DNA of 64,000 nucleotides, from positions 5,847-69,846 of the forward strand of contig JAGLYK010000011.1 in assembly GCA_023132255.1 (NCBI GenBank), read 5' to 3'. The translations under genes and the position numbers were made by a program. The notes beneath the pieces are model-generated. The model did no database searches and was not told the DNA's origin. It worked only from the letters and a program-made list of their open reading frames with translations. Of the stretch, positions 36,956-46,591 are shown one piece after another. Within the stretch, counting starts at the first letter, position 1, and every line of letters begins with the position of its first letter. Origin of the DNA: Candidatus Pacearchaeota archaeon. GTDB taxonomy: Archaea > Nanobdellota > Nanobdellia > Pacearchaeales > GW2011-AR1.

Positions 36956-38752
36956 TCACTTGAGAATTGCTTTTATTCTCCTAACTCCACTTGAAGAAGA
37001 TTCTTCTTTTTTGATTTTAAAGTGTCCAAGTTCGCTGGTGTTTTTGACATGAGGACCAGAGCAGATTTCTTTGGAGCAATTTTTGATAGTGTAAACTGAA
37101 ACGACTTCCCCATATTTTGCATTAAATATCCCTGTTGCTCCTTTTTCCTTTGCCTGCTTTGGAGTCATTTCTTCCCTGATAACTTCACAGCCTCGCTGTA
37201 TTTGCGCGTTGACTAAATCTTCAACTTTTTGTAGTTCTTCATTTGTTAATTTTCTAGGAAAAGAAAAATCCAATCTTAATCTTTCAGATGTTATATTGCT
37301 TCCTTTTTGAAGGATATTTTTATCATTTAGTATTTTCCTTAATGCTGCTAAAAGCAAGTGTGTTGCAGTGTGGAGTTTTGTTGTTGCTTCTGAATCATCT
37401 GCTAAACCAGATTTGAATCTGCCTTCTGTTGCTGTTCGTGAAAGTTCCTGGTGTTTTTTTAATTCTTTTTTAAAACCTTTTTCATCAACTTTGATGTTTT
37501 TTTCTTTTGCTAATTCAATTGTCATTTCCAACGGAAAGCCGTAAGATTGGTAAAGCAGGAAAGCTTCTTTTCCTTTTAACAAATATTTTCCCTTACTCCA
37601 TTTAATTTTTTTCCTGTTCTTTCTAAATCCTTCCTTAATTTTTCGTTCCCATCCATTAAAAATTCTCATACCTTTTTCCAGGCTTAAATTAAATTTTTCT
37701 TCTTCTTTTTCTAATTCTTGCAAAATATGTTTTTTGTTTTTTTGTAATTTTGAATAATCGTTGTAGATTTTGAAAACTGGTTCTGCAACTTTGTAAGTGA
37801 AATCCCTCAATCCGATTTCTCTACCATATCTGATGGCTCTTCTAATTAATCTTCGTAAAACATAACCCTGTTCTGTGTTTGAAGAGGTTATTCCGTCGGC
37901 AATGATAAAAACAGATGCTTTGATGTGATCTGCAATTATTCGCATTGTTCTTTTATTTCCTTTGTATTTTTTCCCAGAAAGCTTTTCTATTTTTTTAATA
38001 ATTAGTTTCCACATTTCTGCTTCATAATCATCTTCTAAATTATTTAATATTGCAACTGTTCTTTCAACACCCATGCCTGTGTCAATGTTTTTTTGTGATG
38101 CTTCATTGTAATTTCCTTCTTCATCTTTGTTATATTGCATTAAAACATCATTCCAGATTTCTACCCATCTTTCATCTTTTGGATCAAATTTTTTTGGAGC
38201 AGGAATTTTATTTGGAGACCAGTAAAACATTTCTGTACAGGGTCCGCAAGGTCCTGTTTTTCCAGCAGGTCCCCACCAATTGTCTTCTTTTCCTAAGAAA
38301 GCAATTCTTTCTTTTTGGATTCCTAAGGATTTCCAAGCTTCTGCAGCTTCGTTGTCTTTTAGAGCATCTTTATTTCCTGCAAAACAAGTTACTGCTAATC
38401 TTTGCACAGGAATTTTAAGATGCTTTGTTAGAAATTCAAAACTCATTTCAATTGCCTCTTTTTTAAAGTAGTCTCCTAAACTCCAGTTTCCAATCATTTC
38501 AAAAAAAGTATGGTGTGTTGAATCTCCAACTTCTTCAATGTCACCTGTTCTTATACATTTTTGGGCATTCATTAGCCTTTTTCCTAGAGGGTGTTTTTGT
38601 CCCAATAAGTATGGGACTATAGGATGCATTCCTGCTGAAATAAATAATGTTGTTGGGTCGTTTTCCGGGATGAGACTTGTGTTAGGGATTTCTTTGTGGT
38701 TTTTACTTTTAAAAAAATTAAAATATTTTTTTATTAATTGTTTTCTGTCCAT
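36956..38752 (-). CDS. alaS: Alanyl-tRNA synthetase, compact 598-aa form lacking the C-Ala domain.
   Basis: PENDPTTLFISAGM, QKCIRTGDIEEVG, HHTFFEMIGNWSLGDYFK, GPCGPCTE, IDTGMGVERT, editing HTATHLL...CSGPH. Confidence 0.75.
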   Translation of the reverse strand: MDRKQLIKKYFNFFKSKNHKEIPNTSLIPENDPTTLFISAGMHPIVPYLLGQKHPLGKRLMNAQKCIRTGDIEEVGDSTHHTFFEMIGNWSLGDYFKKEAIEMSFEFLTKHLKIPVQRLAVTCFAGNKDALKDNEAAEAWKSLGIQKERIAFLGKEDNWWGPAGKTGPCGPCTEMFYWSPNKIPAPKKFDPKDERWVEIWNDVLMQYNKDEEGNYNEASQKNIDTGMGVERTVAILNNLEDDYEAEMWKLIIKKIEKLSGKKYKGNKRTMRIIADHIKASVFIIADGITSSNTEQGYVLRRLIRRAIRYGREIGLRDFTYKVAEPVFKIYNDYSKLQKNKKHILQELEKEEEKFNLSLEKGMRIFNGWERKIKEGFRKNRKKIKWSKGKYLLKGKEAFLLYQSYGFPLEMTIELAKEKNIKVDEKGFKKELKKHQELSRTATEGRFKSGLADDSEATTKLHTATHLLLAALRKILNDKNILQKGSNITSERLRLDFSFPRKLTNEELQKVEDLVNAQIQRGCEVIREEMTPKQAKEKGATGIFNAKYGEVVSVYTIKNCSKEICSGPHVKNTSELGHFKIKKEESSSSGVRRIKAILK

Positions 38753-38775
38753 AAAAATGTCTAAGAAAGAGGGTT

Positions 38776-39135
38776 TTAAAAATTATTTGTTCCTAAAGAA
38801 TTCAGCTTTTCTTGAATTTCTCTAAGCTGGGATTCTATACTTTCCTCATAATGTTTTTCTTTTGGAATTATTTCTTTAGTTTCAGGCTTTTTTAATATCT
38901 TGGGTATTTCTAATTTTGGAAGATTTTTCTGAAGTCGCCTTATTTCTGTTAGTAATGTTTTTATATGCCTATATAATTTTATTTTTAATTCAAATTCTTT
39001 TGACCTGAGTTCATGATATTCTTTTATTGTCTGGATTATTTTTAATAAACCCATCTCTAATGAAAGAATATTTTTTTTAGATTGGATAGCGTCCTCGTAT
39101 TCAAGTTTAACATGAATTAATTTTTCAGCTGCCAT
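38776..39135 (-). CDS. Hypothetical coiled-coil protein.
   Basis: ORF only. Confidence 0.3.
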   Translation of the reverse strand: MAAEKLIHVKLEYEDAIQSKKNILSLEMGLLKIIQTIKEYHELRSKEFELKIKLYRHIKTLLTEIRRLQKNLPKLEIPKILKKPETKEIIPKEKHYEESIESQLREIQEKLNSLGTNNF

Positions 39136-39719
39136 TATATTTTAGAAAAAATGTTTGCATCTACTTTTTCAATTTGTTTTTTGATTATTTCTATTTCATT
39201 TTCCCATGAATCTAATTTTCTTTCTTCGTTTTCTTTTACATCTTTTATATGTTTAAGCATCTTTTCTATTTCTGAAATTTTATCTTTAGTCTTTTCAAAT
39301 ATTTTCAAGCTTTCTTCAAACTTATCTATTCTTATGAAAACTGGTTCAGCTTTTTTTGTTGAAGTTTCAAAATCCTCTGAAATTTCATCAGTTCTTCTTT
39401 CAAATGGAATTCCTTTGATTTTTGCAAGATGAGAAAATTCTGGCACCGGAGGTTCTCTTAGAGGCCTTTGCATCATTTGCTTGTCCTCTGCAAAATCATC
39501 TGCTTCAGGAACCTCTTCACCTTCTTTTTTCCCAGCCACAGCTTCTTTAATTGTGTTCTGAGAGAATTTTTCCCCTAAAGAATTTGTAGGAAAGCTAGGT
39601 AGTTGATGTATCTTAGAATTATCTAATGAGTTCTCCTCTATGTTTGGCAACTCTGGAAGCTTTGGAAGTTCAGGCAACGAAGGAACTTCTTTCTCCTTTT
39701 TTTTATTAAACCACCCCAT
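39135..39719 (-). CDS. Hypothetical protein, acidic and coiled-coil.
   Basis: ORF only. Confidence 0.3.
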   Translation of the reverse strand: MGWFNKKKEKEVPSLPELPKLPELPNIEENSLDNSKIHQLPSFPTNSLGEKFSQNTIKEAVAGKKEGEEVPEADDFAEDKQMMQRPLREPPVPEFSHLAKIKGIPFERRTDEISEDFETSTKKAEPVFIRIDKFEESLKIFEKTKDKISEIEKMLKHIKDVKENEERKLDSWENEIEIIKKQIEKVDANIFSKI

Positions 39720-39949
39720 TTTATATTAATTCAATATATACTTTTTAATATATATAAAATATAATAATAGTTTAAAAACTTTTGTGAAAATTCTTCTAGA
39801 GGTATAACAAAACCGAAAGAAAGAACTCTCTTTAAATAAAGATTCTTCTGCGATTTTGCATGACAAAACCAATTTCCATATAGAAATATTCCAACGTTTC
39901 TGTTCCACAGAACCGAAAGATATTTATTTGAATTAATTCTCATATTCTA

Positions 39950-40735
39950 ATGCTAAAAAAATTTCTCAAAGAAGTTATTACTATTGTCGTCGGAAAACAA
40001 GCAGAAGGTATTGTGGAGTTGCTTATTAGTGAAAGATATGTTAATGAATTTTTGATTGCAAAAAAAATGGACCTTACAATTAATCAAACAAGAAATATTC
40101 TTTATAAAATTTCAGATTATGGCTTGGTATCTTCTACGAGAAAGAAAGATAAGAAAAAAGGATGGTATACTTATTCCTGGAAAATTGAAATTCTTAAATC
40201 TTTGTTGTTTTTGAGAAATGATTTGATTAAGAAAATAAGTCAAATAAATAATCAGATTAATAGCAGGGAAACTAAGCAGTTTTATGTTTGTGAGAGATGC
40301 AATATAGAGATTAACGAGGAGAATGCCATGCTTTATGATTTTACTTGTAAGGAGTGTGGAGATATTTTTGTTCTAAAAAATAATGAAAAATTTTTGAAAG
40401 ATATTAGAAGAAATTTATCCCGATTAAACAGGGAATTAGGACTTATTGATGAGGAAATTGAGAAGCAAAGAATTAAGATGGATAAAAAGAAGATGAGAGA
40501 ATTAAAGAAACAGGAAAAGATTAAATCTGCAGCGAGGAAAAAGGCATCTGCAATTAGAAAAGCTACGAAAAAGAAATCTGCAAAAAAAGTAGTTAAAGAT
40601 AAATCCTCTAAAAAAACAAAATCTGTGGTAAAAGTTAAGAAGCCAGTAAAAAAGAAATTAATAAAAAAGAAAGTTGTTAAGAAAAAACTATCTAAAAAGG
40701 TTAAAAAACCAGTAAAGAAGAAGGGGAAGAAGTAA
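39950..40735 (+). CDS. tfe: Transcription factor E (TFE alpha) with a long Lys-rich C-terminal tail.
   Basis: N-terminal winged helix, Zn ribbon CERC...CKEC, then about 80 aa of KKxxKK repeats. Confidence 0.65.
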   Translation: MLKKFLKEVITIVVGKQAEGIVELLISERYVNEFLIAKKMDLTINQTRNILYKISDYGLVSSTRKKDKKKGWYTYSWKIEILKSLLFLRNDLIKKISQINNQINSRETKQFYVCERCNIEINEENAMLYDFTCKECGDIFVLKNNEKFLKDIRRNLSRLNRELGLIDEEIEKQRIKMDKKKMRELKKQEKIKSAARKKASAIRKATKKKSAKKVVKDKSSKKTKSVVKVKKPVKKKLIKKKVVKKKLSKKVKKPVKKKGKK

Positions 40736-41407
40736 ATGGGAGTTTATCAGATTTATCCTAAGAAGAAGAAAAATCTTTTTCCGAACTTGAGTGTGACTGT
40801 TAGTTTGATTTTAATTAATGTTGTTTTATTTATATTAGTTCGGGTTTTGTTATCTATAGAAATTATATCTGAAAATTTTTTTATGAGTGATATTGCTATT
40901 TCATTGGAAAATATCAAACAATTAAGGTTGTGGACTTTTTTAACAAGTATGTTTATGCATGGAGGTTTTTTCCATCTTTTTGCAAATATGTTTTCTTTAA
41001 TGTTTATTGGCGGTTTAATTGAAAGAATTTTGGGAAAAAAAAGATATTTATGGTTTTATTTAATATCAGGTTTATTTGCGGGAGTTTTATATATACTAAT
41101 TGAATTTTTATCTCCTTCTAATCTTCCGGCTGTAGGGGCTTCAGGAGCTTTGTTTGGTTTAGTTGGATTGTTGGTTTTATTGACTCCCAATCTTCCTGTT
41201 TATGTTATGTTTATTCCAATTCCTATTAAGATGAAATACGCTGGTCCGGGAATTTTAATTGTATTGTGGATTATTTCAAGAGCAGCCAATATTGGTATTG
41301 GGAACACAGCTCATCTTGGAGGATTAGTGTGTGGATTGGCTTATGGGATGTACTTGAAGACCAAATATAAAAATAAGACTAAATGGTTGAGTAGGCATTT
41401 TAGCTAA
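40736..41407 (+). CDS. Rhomboid-family intramembrane serine protease.
   Basis: GASGALFGLVGLL (GxSG) and AHLGGLVCGLAYG (His) in TM helices. Confidence 0.75.
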   Translation: MGVYQIYPKKKKNLFPNLSVTVSLILINVVLFILVRVLLSIEIISENFFMSDIAISLENIKQLRLWTFLTSMFMHGGFFHLFANMFSLMFIGGLIERILGKKRYLWFYLISGLFAGVLYILIEFLSPSNLPAVGASGALFGLVGLLVLLTPNLPVYVMFIPIPIKMKYAGPGILIVLWIISRAANIGIGNTAHLGGLVCGLAYGMYLKTKYKNKTKWLSRHFS

Positions 41408-41995
41408 ATGAAAAAAAATAAATTTAATCTGAAAAGAGAATATAAAGAAAGTTGGAATTATATTAAAGAGTCAAAGAACTTTATTTATTCTATTATAGGG
41501 GTATTTTTTGGTTTTACGTTAATTGGTTTTTTTGTTCCTGCTTCTGAGGAGATTACAAAGATAATTTTAGAATTTATTGAGAAACTTTTAGAACAAACTA
41601 AAGATATGTCTCAATTGGAATTGATTAGATTTATTTTCGTGAATAATCTACAAAGCAGTTTTTTTGGATTAATTTTCGGAGTTGCTTTAGGAATTTTTCC
41701 TGTGTTGGCTGCTGTTGCTAATGGTTATGTTTTAGGTTTTGTCGGAGCCATTAGTGTTGAAACTGAAGGAATTTTTGTTTTGTGGAGAATTTTTCCTCAT
41801 GGAATTTTTGAACTGCCCGCGATTTTTATTTCTCTTGGTTTGGGGTTAAAGTTAGGAAGTTTTATCTTTAGGAAAGAAAAAGGAAAATTCTTTAGAAGAT
41901 GTTTTTGGAATTCATTAAGAGTGTTTTTGTTTGTTGTGATACCTCTTTTAATTATTGCAGCGATTATTGAAGCCAGTTTGATATTTCTTGGATAA
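41408..41995 (+). CDS. SpoIIM/DUF95-like membrane protein.
   Basis: Multi-TM protein with FGVALGIFPVLAAVANGYVLG...IFPHGIFELPAIFIS. Confidence 0.45.
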   Translation: MKKNKFNLKREYKESWNYIKESKNFIYSIIGVFFGFTLIGFFVPASEEITKIILEFIEKLLEQTKDMSQLELIRFIFVNNLQSSFFGLIFGVALGIFPVLAAVANGYVLGFVGAISVETEGIFVLWRIFPHGIFELPAIFISLGLGLKLGSFIFRKEKGKFFRRCFWNSLRVFLFVVIPLLIIAAIIEASLIFLG

Positions 41996-42092
41996 CCAAC
42001 AAATATATAAATAAAACAAATATTTTATTGGTAGGAAAGAGAGTGAAAAAAATTAGGGATTTTCCCCCACTTGCTCGTTTCTTAAGAGCCAA

Positions 42093-42680
42093 ATGAAAGC
42101 GAATCAATACCTCAGGAGGCATAAGCCAAGTAGGTCCATGGGAAGATTTCCATTCGTCCGCAGAGGACTTCGAACGAAAGCACAAGTGAAATTATCTTTT
42201 GGGATGATTTTTTCAATTATATTGATGATTGTTTTTATTGCGTTTGCTTTTTTTGCAATTCAAAAATTTCTTGGTTTGAAAGATACTATTAGTGTTGGGA
42301 AATTTGCAGATGATTTTCAGTCAGATGTTAATAAGTTGTGGAAAAGTTCGCAAGGTTCTCAAGAATTAGAATATTCTTTGCCAAAAAAAATAGAGTATGT
42401 TTGTTTTGCGAATCTTTTGAAGCCAGAGCAAGGTGCTTATGAAGATGAAGATTTTTATGAAGAATTTAGGAAATATTTTACAGATGAGAATTTGTTTTTT
42501 TATCCTGTTGATTCTACAGAATTAAATGGTCTTGAAATAAAGCATATTGATATTGAAAAAATAACTGAAAATGAAAATCCTTTTTGCATAGAAAATATCA
42601 AAGGGAAAATAAAGATAGTTCTTAAAAAAGATTTTGGAGATGCCTTGGTTTCTGTGACTAGTTTATTGCAAGATGATTAA
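42093..42680 (+). CDS. Membrane-anchored hypothetical protein.
   Basis: Basic N-terminus encoded by a GC-rich patch, single TM. Confidence 0.35.
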   Translation: MKANQYLRRHKPSRSMGRFPFVRRGLRTKAQVKLSFGMIFSIILMIVFIAFAFFAIQKFLGLKDTISVGKFADDFQSDVNKLWKSSQGSQELEYSLPKKIEYVCFANLLKPEQGAYEDEDFYEEFRKYFTDENLFFYPVDSTELNGLEIKHIDIEKITENENPFCIENIKGKIKIVLKKDFGDALVSVTSLLQDD

Positions 42681-42787
42681 AGTTTCTAATTATAAAAAGA
42701 AGTTTAATTTTTTTATTTGGATAAGTTAATTTTATATAGTTTAATTTCCTGTATATTTTATATAATTAAAAAGGAGGGTGTTGAAAA

Positions 42788-42958
42788 ATGAAAAGAATTA
42801 GTTCTGTTTTGGTAGTGCTTTTAGGTTTGATTTTGTTACTTCCCCTAATTGGTGTAAATCAATTTGGATCGTTAACTGAAGGAATTTTTGGTTGGGGAAC
42901 AGCAATCTTTGTTTTGGTGATTGGAGTAATTGAAGTTATCAAAAATTTTGCTAAATAA
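42788..42958 (+). CDS. Small (56 aa) two-TM membrane protein.
   Basis: AAGGAGGGTG Shine-Dalgarno-like site 8 nt upstream of ATG. Product MKRISSVLVVLLGLILLLPLIG...; not in the ORF track because it is under 60 aa. Confidence 0.45.
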   Translation: MKRISSVLVVLLGLILLLPLIGVNQFGSLTEGIFGWGTAIFVLVIGVIEVIKNFAK

Positions 42959-43016
42959 TAATTTTAGTTTCCTATTTCTTATTTTTTAATTCATAGTGGA
43001 TACTTTAGAATTAAAA

Positions 43017-43220
43017 TTAATCCTTCAAATCGCTAATTCCCAGAACAATCAAAAGAAAACCTATCATTAATAAGAGCCAGACTACTCCGCCTTTGAGAAA
43101 TTCCCATGTGGCGTGCTTGAAGTTCCAGAATGCTCCGAACCATTCACCTGAAAACCATGCAAAGAATATCACGGCGTTTACTAAGATTAATCCAATCAAG
43201 AGTTCAATCCATTTATTCAT
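43017..43220 (-). CDS. Small two-TM membrane protein.
   Basis: ORF only; hydrophobic. Confidence 0.35.
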   Translation of the reverse strand: MNKWIELLIGLILVNAVIFFAWFSGEWFGAFWNFKHATWEFLKGGVVWLLLMIGFLLIVLGISDLKD

Positions 43221-43415
43221 TGTAATATTTATTGGTGATTTTTGTTTAAAAAGATTTTGATACTGGAATATAACTTTTAGAAAGTCTTAAAAACTAATTT
43301 ATTTTTTAAAAAATATGAATATTCAATTGTTTAGTGAGAGTTTGGCAATACCTATTTTATAATTCTATTTGTAAATTTGTGTTAATACAATGAAAAAAGT
43401 AAATCAAAGATTTCC

Positions 43416-44504
43416 ATGTTTTCCTTTTTGGAGGAACCAAAAATGAAAAAAGTAAAAGATTTTTTATGGAAACCTAATATGACTGTGGGAGAATGTGTGG
43501 ATAGTTTTGGCTATCTTGGTTATCAAGCGATTGAGTTGAATGAAGCTGTGAAGGTTGTTTTAAAAATGAAAAGATCCGGGGCAAAGATTTTTTTAACCTT
43601 TACTTCTAATATGGTTACTTCTGGATTAAGAGGGTTTTTTGCTCAATTATGCAAGATGAAAATACCAAATATTCTGGTAACAACTTCAGGAGCAATTGAA
43701 GAAGACATTATGAAATCTCTTGGTGAAGAATTTGAGGTTACTAATTTTTATGCAGATGATGTTCAGCTTCATGAGAAGGGAGAGAATAGGGTTGGGAATT
43801 TGATAATTAGAAATGAAAGTTTTATGAAATTTGAGGATTTGATGAACGAATATTTGACAAAGATTTATGAAAAACAGCGAGAAGCTAATACTTCTGCGTC
43901 AAAAGTAAACTTTGCCGGAAGGATTTCAGTTTCTGATTTATTAAAAGAAATTGGGTTGATGATGGCACCTAAAGGTGTACCCTCTGATACCACTGGTATG
44001 ACCTCTGAAGATGGAGGCCTTATGCAGGATGGAATAAGCGAGGGCAACGAAAATTCAATTTTGTATCAGGCAGCGAAAAATAATATTCCAATTTATTGTC
44101 CTGGAATTGCTGACTCAAGTTTTGGGTTTCAGTTATTTATGTTCCAGCAAAAGCACCCTGATTTTATTGTTGATACAATTAAGGATATGCAGAGAGTTGT
44201 GACTGATTTAAGTTTTGATGAAAAAAAAGGATTAATTAGTCTTGGAGGAAGCACTTCAAAACATTATGCGATTTTTGCAGCTTTGTTAAGCGGGGGTTTT
44301 GATTATGCAGTTTATATGACAACTTCTCATGCAGGTTCAGGAAGTTTGTCCGGAGCAACAACACAGGAAGCAAAATCATGGGGAAAGTTGAAAGATGATG
44401 CAGAGGCTGCTACTGTTAATGGAGATGTCTGCATAACTTTTCCTTTAATGATGTGCAGTGTTTTAGATAAGATGAAAGAGGAAGGATTGTTGAAAGACAA
44501 TTAA
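43416..44504 (+). CDS. dys: Deoxyhypusine synthase with an in-frame GC-rich element insertion.
   Basis: LISLGGSTSKHYAIFAALLSGGFDYAVYMTTSHAGSGSLSGA matches the DHS C-terminal signature. Element at 43965-44044 encodes APKGVPSDTTGMTSEDGG. Confidence 0.7.
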   Translation: MFSFLEEPKMKKVKDFLWKPNMTVGECVDSFGYLGYQAIELNEAVKVVLKMKRSGAKIFLTFTSNMVTSGLRGFFAQLCKMKIPNILVTTSGAIEEDIMKSLGEEFEVTNFYADDVQLHEKGENRVGNLIIRNESFMKFEDLMNEYLTKIYEKQREANTSASKVNFAGRISVSDLLKEIGLMMAPKGVPSDTTGMTSEDGGLMQDGISEGNENSILYQAAKNNIPIYCPGIADSSFGFQLFMFQQKHPDFIVDTIKDMQRVVTDLSFDEKKGLISLGGSTSKHYAIFAALLSGGFDYAVYMTTSHAGSGSLSGATTQEAKSWGKLKDDAEAATVNGDVCITFPLMMCSVLDKMKEEGLLKDN

Positions 44505-45466
44505 AAAACATCAGGTAACATTTTCGGCTCTAACTCTTTTTCAATATTAATTAATTCATATTCAATTAAATTTTCTGCAAAAGTTTCTTTTATTTTATTA
44601 ATTTCTTTTTTAAGTTCTTCAGGATGTTTATAAATTATTTGGAATGTTGTGTTAAATTTCCCAACACTTAAAGAAAAAGCATGCACCCTGTCTCTTTGTT
44701 TAGCATAGGTTCGCAGTTTATTTTGAAATGGCTTGGACAAATTATTCATCTTGATATTTATTAAAGTTAAATTATATCCAATTACATCAAGATTAAGAAA
44801 AATTCTATAACCGAGAATCATGTTTTTTTCAATACGCTTTAAACGATAATTTATTGTTTCAATTTTTGAGTTGACTTTGTGTGCTAATTCAACAATTTTT
44901 ATATTTGCATTTTCTGCGAGGATAGATAATATTTTTTTATCCAAGTCATCTAAAACAATTTGCCTGCTTTCTGCATAACTTAAAGTTTTATCATATTCTG
45001 TTTTCCCAAAAATTTTTAATGGAAAATAATGGATTTCAATTGGTTCAAGAATTTCATAGTCTGATAATTCATGCTTCCATAATTCATAAAGATAAGAAAT
45101 AAATTCTAAAATACTTGTTTTATCTTTTGCAAAAACCGACACCATGTAATCCCATTGCCCATAACAAGATACCCGCGTGAATATTAAAATGTTTTTCAGA
45201 TTATTTATTTCTGCTAATTTTTTTATCTGGGGATTTTTCACCCTTAATTTAATAATGTAATTTTTGTCATAACCAAGTGCGTGCAAATTAATTCCAGCAA
45301 GATATTTATTTATTAATCCGGATTTCTCGTATTTTTTAATTCTGTATTCTGCCTGTTCTCGTGAGATTCTGCATTTTTTTGCAATCTGTGTTATTGGAGT
45401 TCTAAAATTATGAAAAATATAACCAAGTAATTTCTTATCAATTTTATCTAATTTTAATTCCTGCAT
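44501..45466 (-). CDS. Tandem (duplicated) Lrp/AsnC-family transcriptional regulator.
   Basis: Two HTH_AsnC plus RAM modules: LDKIDKKLLGYIFHNFRTPITQIAKKCRIS and LDDLDKKILSILAENANIKIVELAHKVNS. Confidence 0.65.
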   Translation of the reverse strand: MQELKLDKIDKKLLGYIFHNFRTPITQIAKKCRISREQAEYRIKKYEKSGLINKYLAGINLHALGYDKNYIIKLRVKNPQIKKLAEINNLKNILIFTRVSCYGQWDYMVSVFAKDKTSILEFISYLYELWKHELSDYEILEPIEIHYFPLKIFGKTEYDKTLSYAESRQIVLDDLDKKILSILAENANIKIVELAHKVNSKIETINYRLKRIEKNMILGYRIFLNLDVIGYNLTLINIKMNNLSKPFQNKLRTYAKQRDRVHAFSLSVGKFNTTFQIIYKHPEELKKEINKIKETFAENLIEYELINIEKELEPKMLPDVF

Positions 45467-45687
45467 ATTCTGATAAATAATAAGATGTTTTTAAATCTTA
45501 CTAATTAAAGTGAAATAAGAGGGAATACTTTAATGGATTGTGTAAAAATTGGTAGAAAGTTATATTAAGAAGGGTTACTTGGGAATATTAACTAAATAGT
45601 GGTAAGAACTTATGGAAGAAGAAAATAAAATAGGAAACTTGCACCAAAATGTATCTTTAGATAGAGCTGAAAGGAGGTATAAATAAA

Positions 45688-46410
45688 ATGAATTTTTTTA
45701 AAAAGAAACTATCGCCAGAAAGTTATGTCTTTGGGTGTGTAGAAGTACTAAAGAAATTGGGAAATGCTCTCTCAGAAGGAGAGGACAGGGAAGTCAAAAA
45801 TGGAGAATATAATGGTTTATTCGCCGAAGAATTTAAAATATATAACATTGCTGAAAAAGAAAAGATAGGAATCATTGGATCTCTTGAAAAGGGCCATTCC
45901 CTAAATAAAGAATCCTGTAATCTAATTTTAGAAAATTTGATTCAAGATGAAGAAATAGCGAATGTATTGATACAGTCTAAAAGAAAGAATTTTGAAGATG
46001 CAATAGGAGATTGTAAGAATTTGGGTTATTCAAACTCTTTTTCAAGCTATAAGAACATAGTATTAGATGCCATAACCGACTCTGTCTCATTAAAATTTAA
46101 AACAGATAGTGGTCCATTCGGTTATGACCCCTCTAGATTTATCTATAGATTAGTGGTGAACACCCCAGAAATATCTTCAATTGTATTGAAAGAAGAAATC
46201 TCAAGAGATGATTCTGATTTGAATACTTTAAAGAGAAAAGTCAAAACAAAATTAGACGAAATTCTTAAAGATGATTTAAATGAATTTTATAAGAATACGG
46301 ATTTTTCAGAAAACAAAAGAAATGAAATAAATGGGATTGTAACAGATGGAGTAAGAAAGAATGTACAATGTTTAAAAAATTGCCTTAATACTATAAGGAT
46401 GTCTAAATGA
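45688..46410 (+). CDS. Hypothetical protein.
   Basis: ORF only. Confidence 0.3.
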   Translation: MNFFKKKLSPESYVFGCVEVLKKLGNALSEGEDREVKNGEYNGLFAEEFKIYNIAEKEKIGIIGSLEKGHSLNKESCNLILENLIQDEEIANVLIQSKRKNFEDAIGDCKNLGYSNSFSSYKNIVLDAITDSVSLKFKTDSGPFGYDPSRFIYRLVVNTPEISSIVLKEEISRDDSDLNTLKRKVKTKLDEILKDDLNEFYKNTDFSENKRNEINGIVTDGVRKNVQCLKNCLNTIRMSK

Positions 46411-46591
46411 CCTTCTTTAGTATCTTAAAAGACTAGCATATATTGTAGGCGAAAAATCATATGCGATAGGTCATGGTGATTGGGGAGAAACATTTTGTTA
46501 GTATCCAGTTTTATATTTGAAGATTAAAAAATAAAAAATAAAAAGTATCACAGAAATTTTAAATAAGAAAAACACTTAAATACACTCTATC

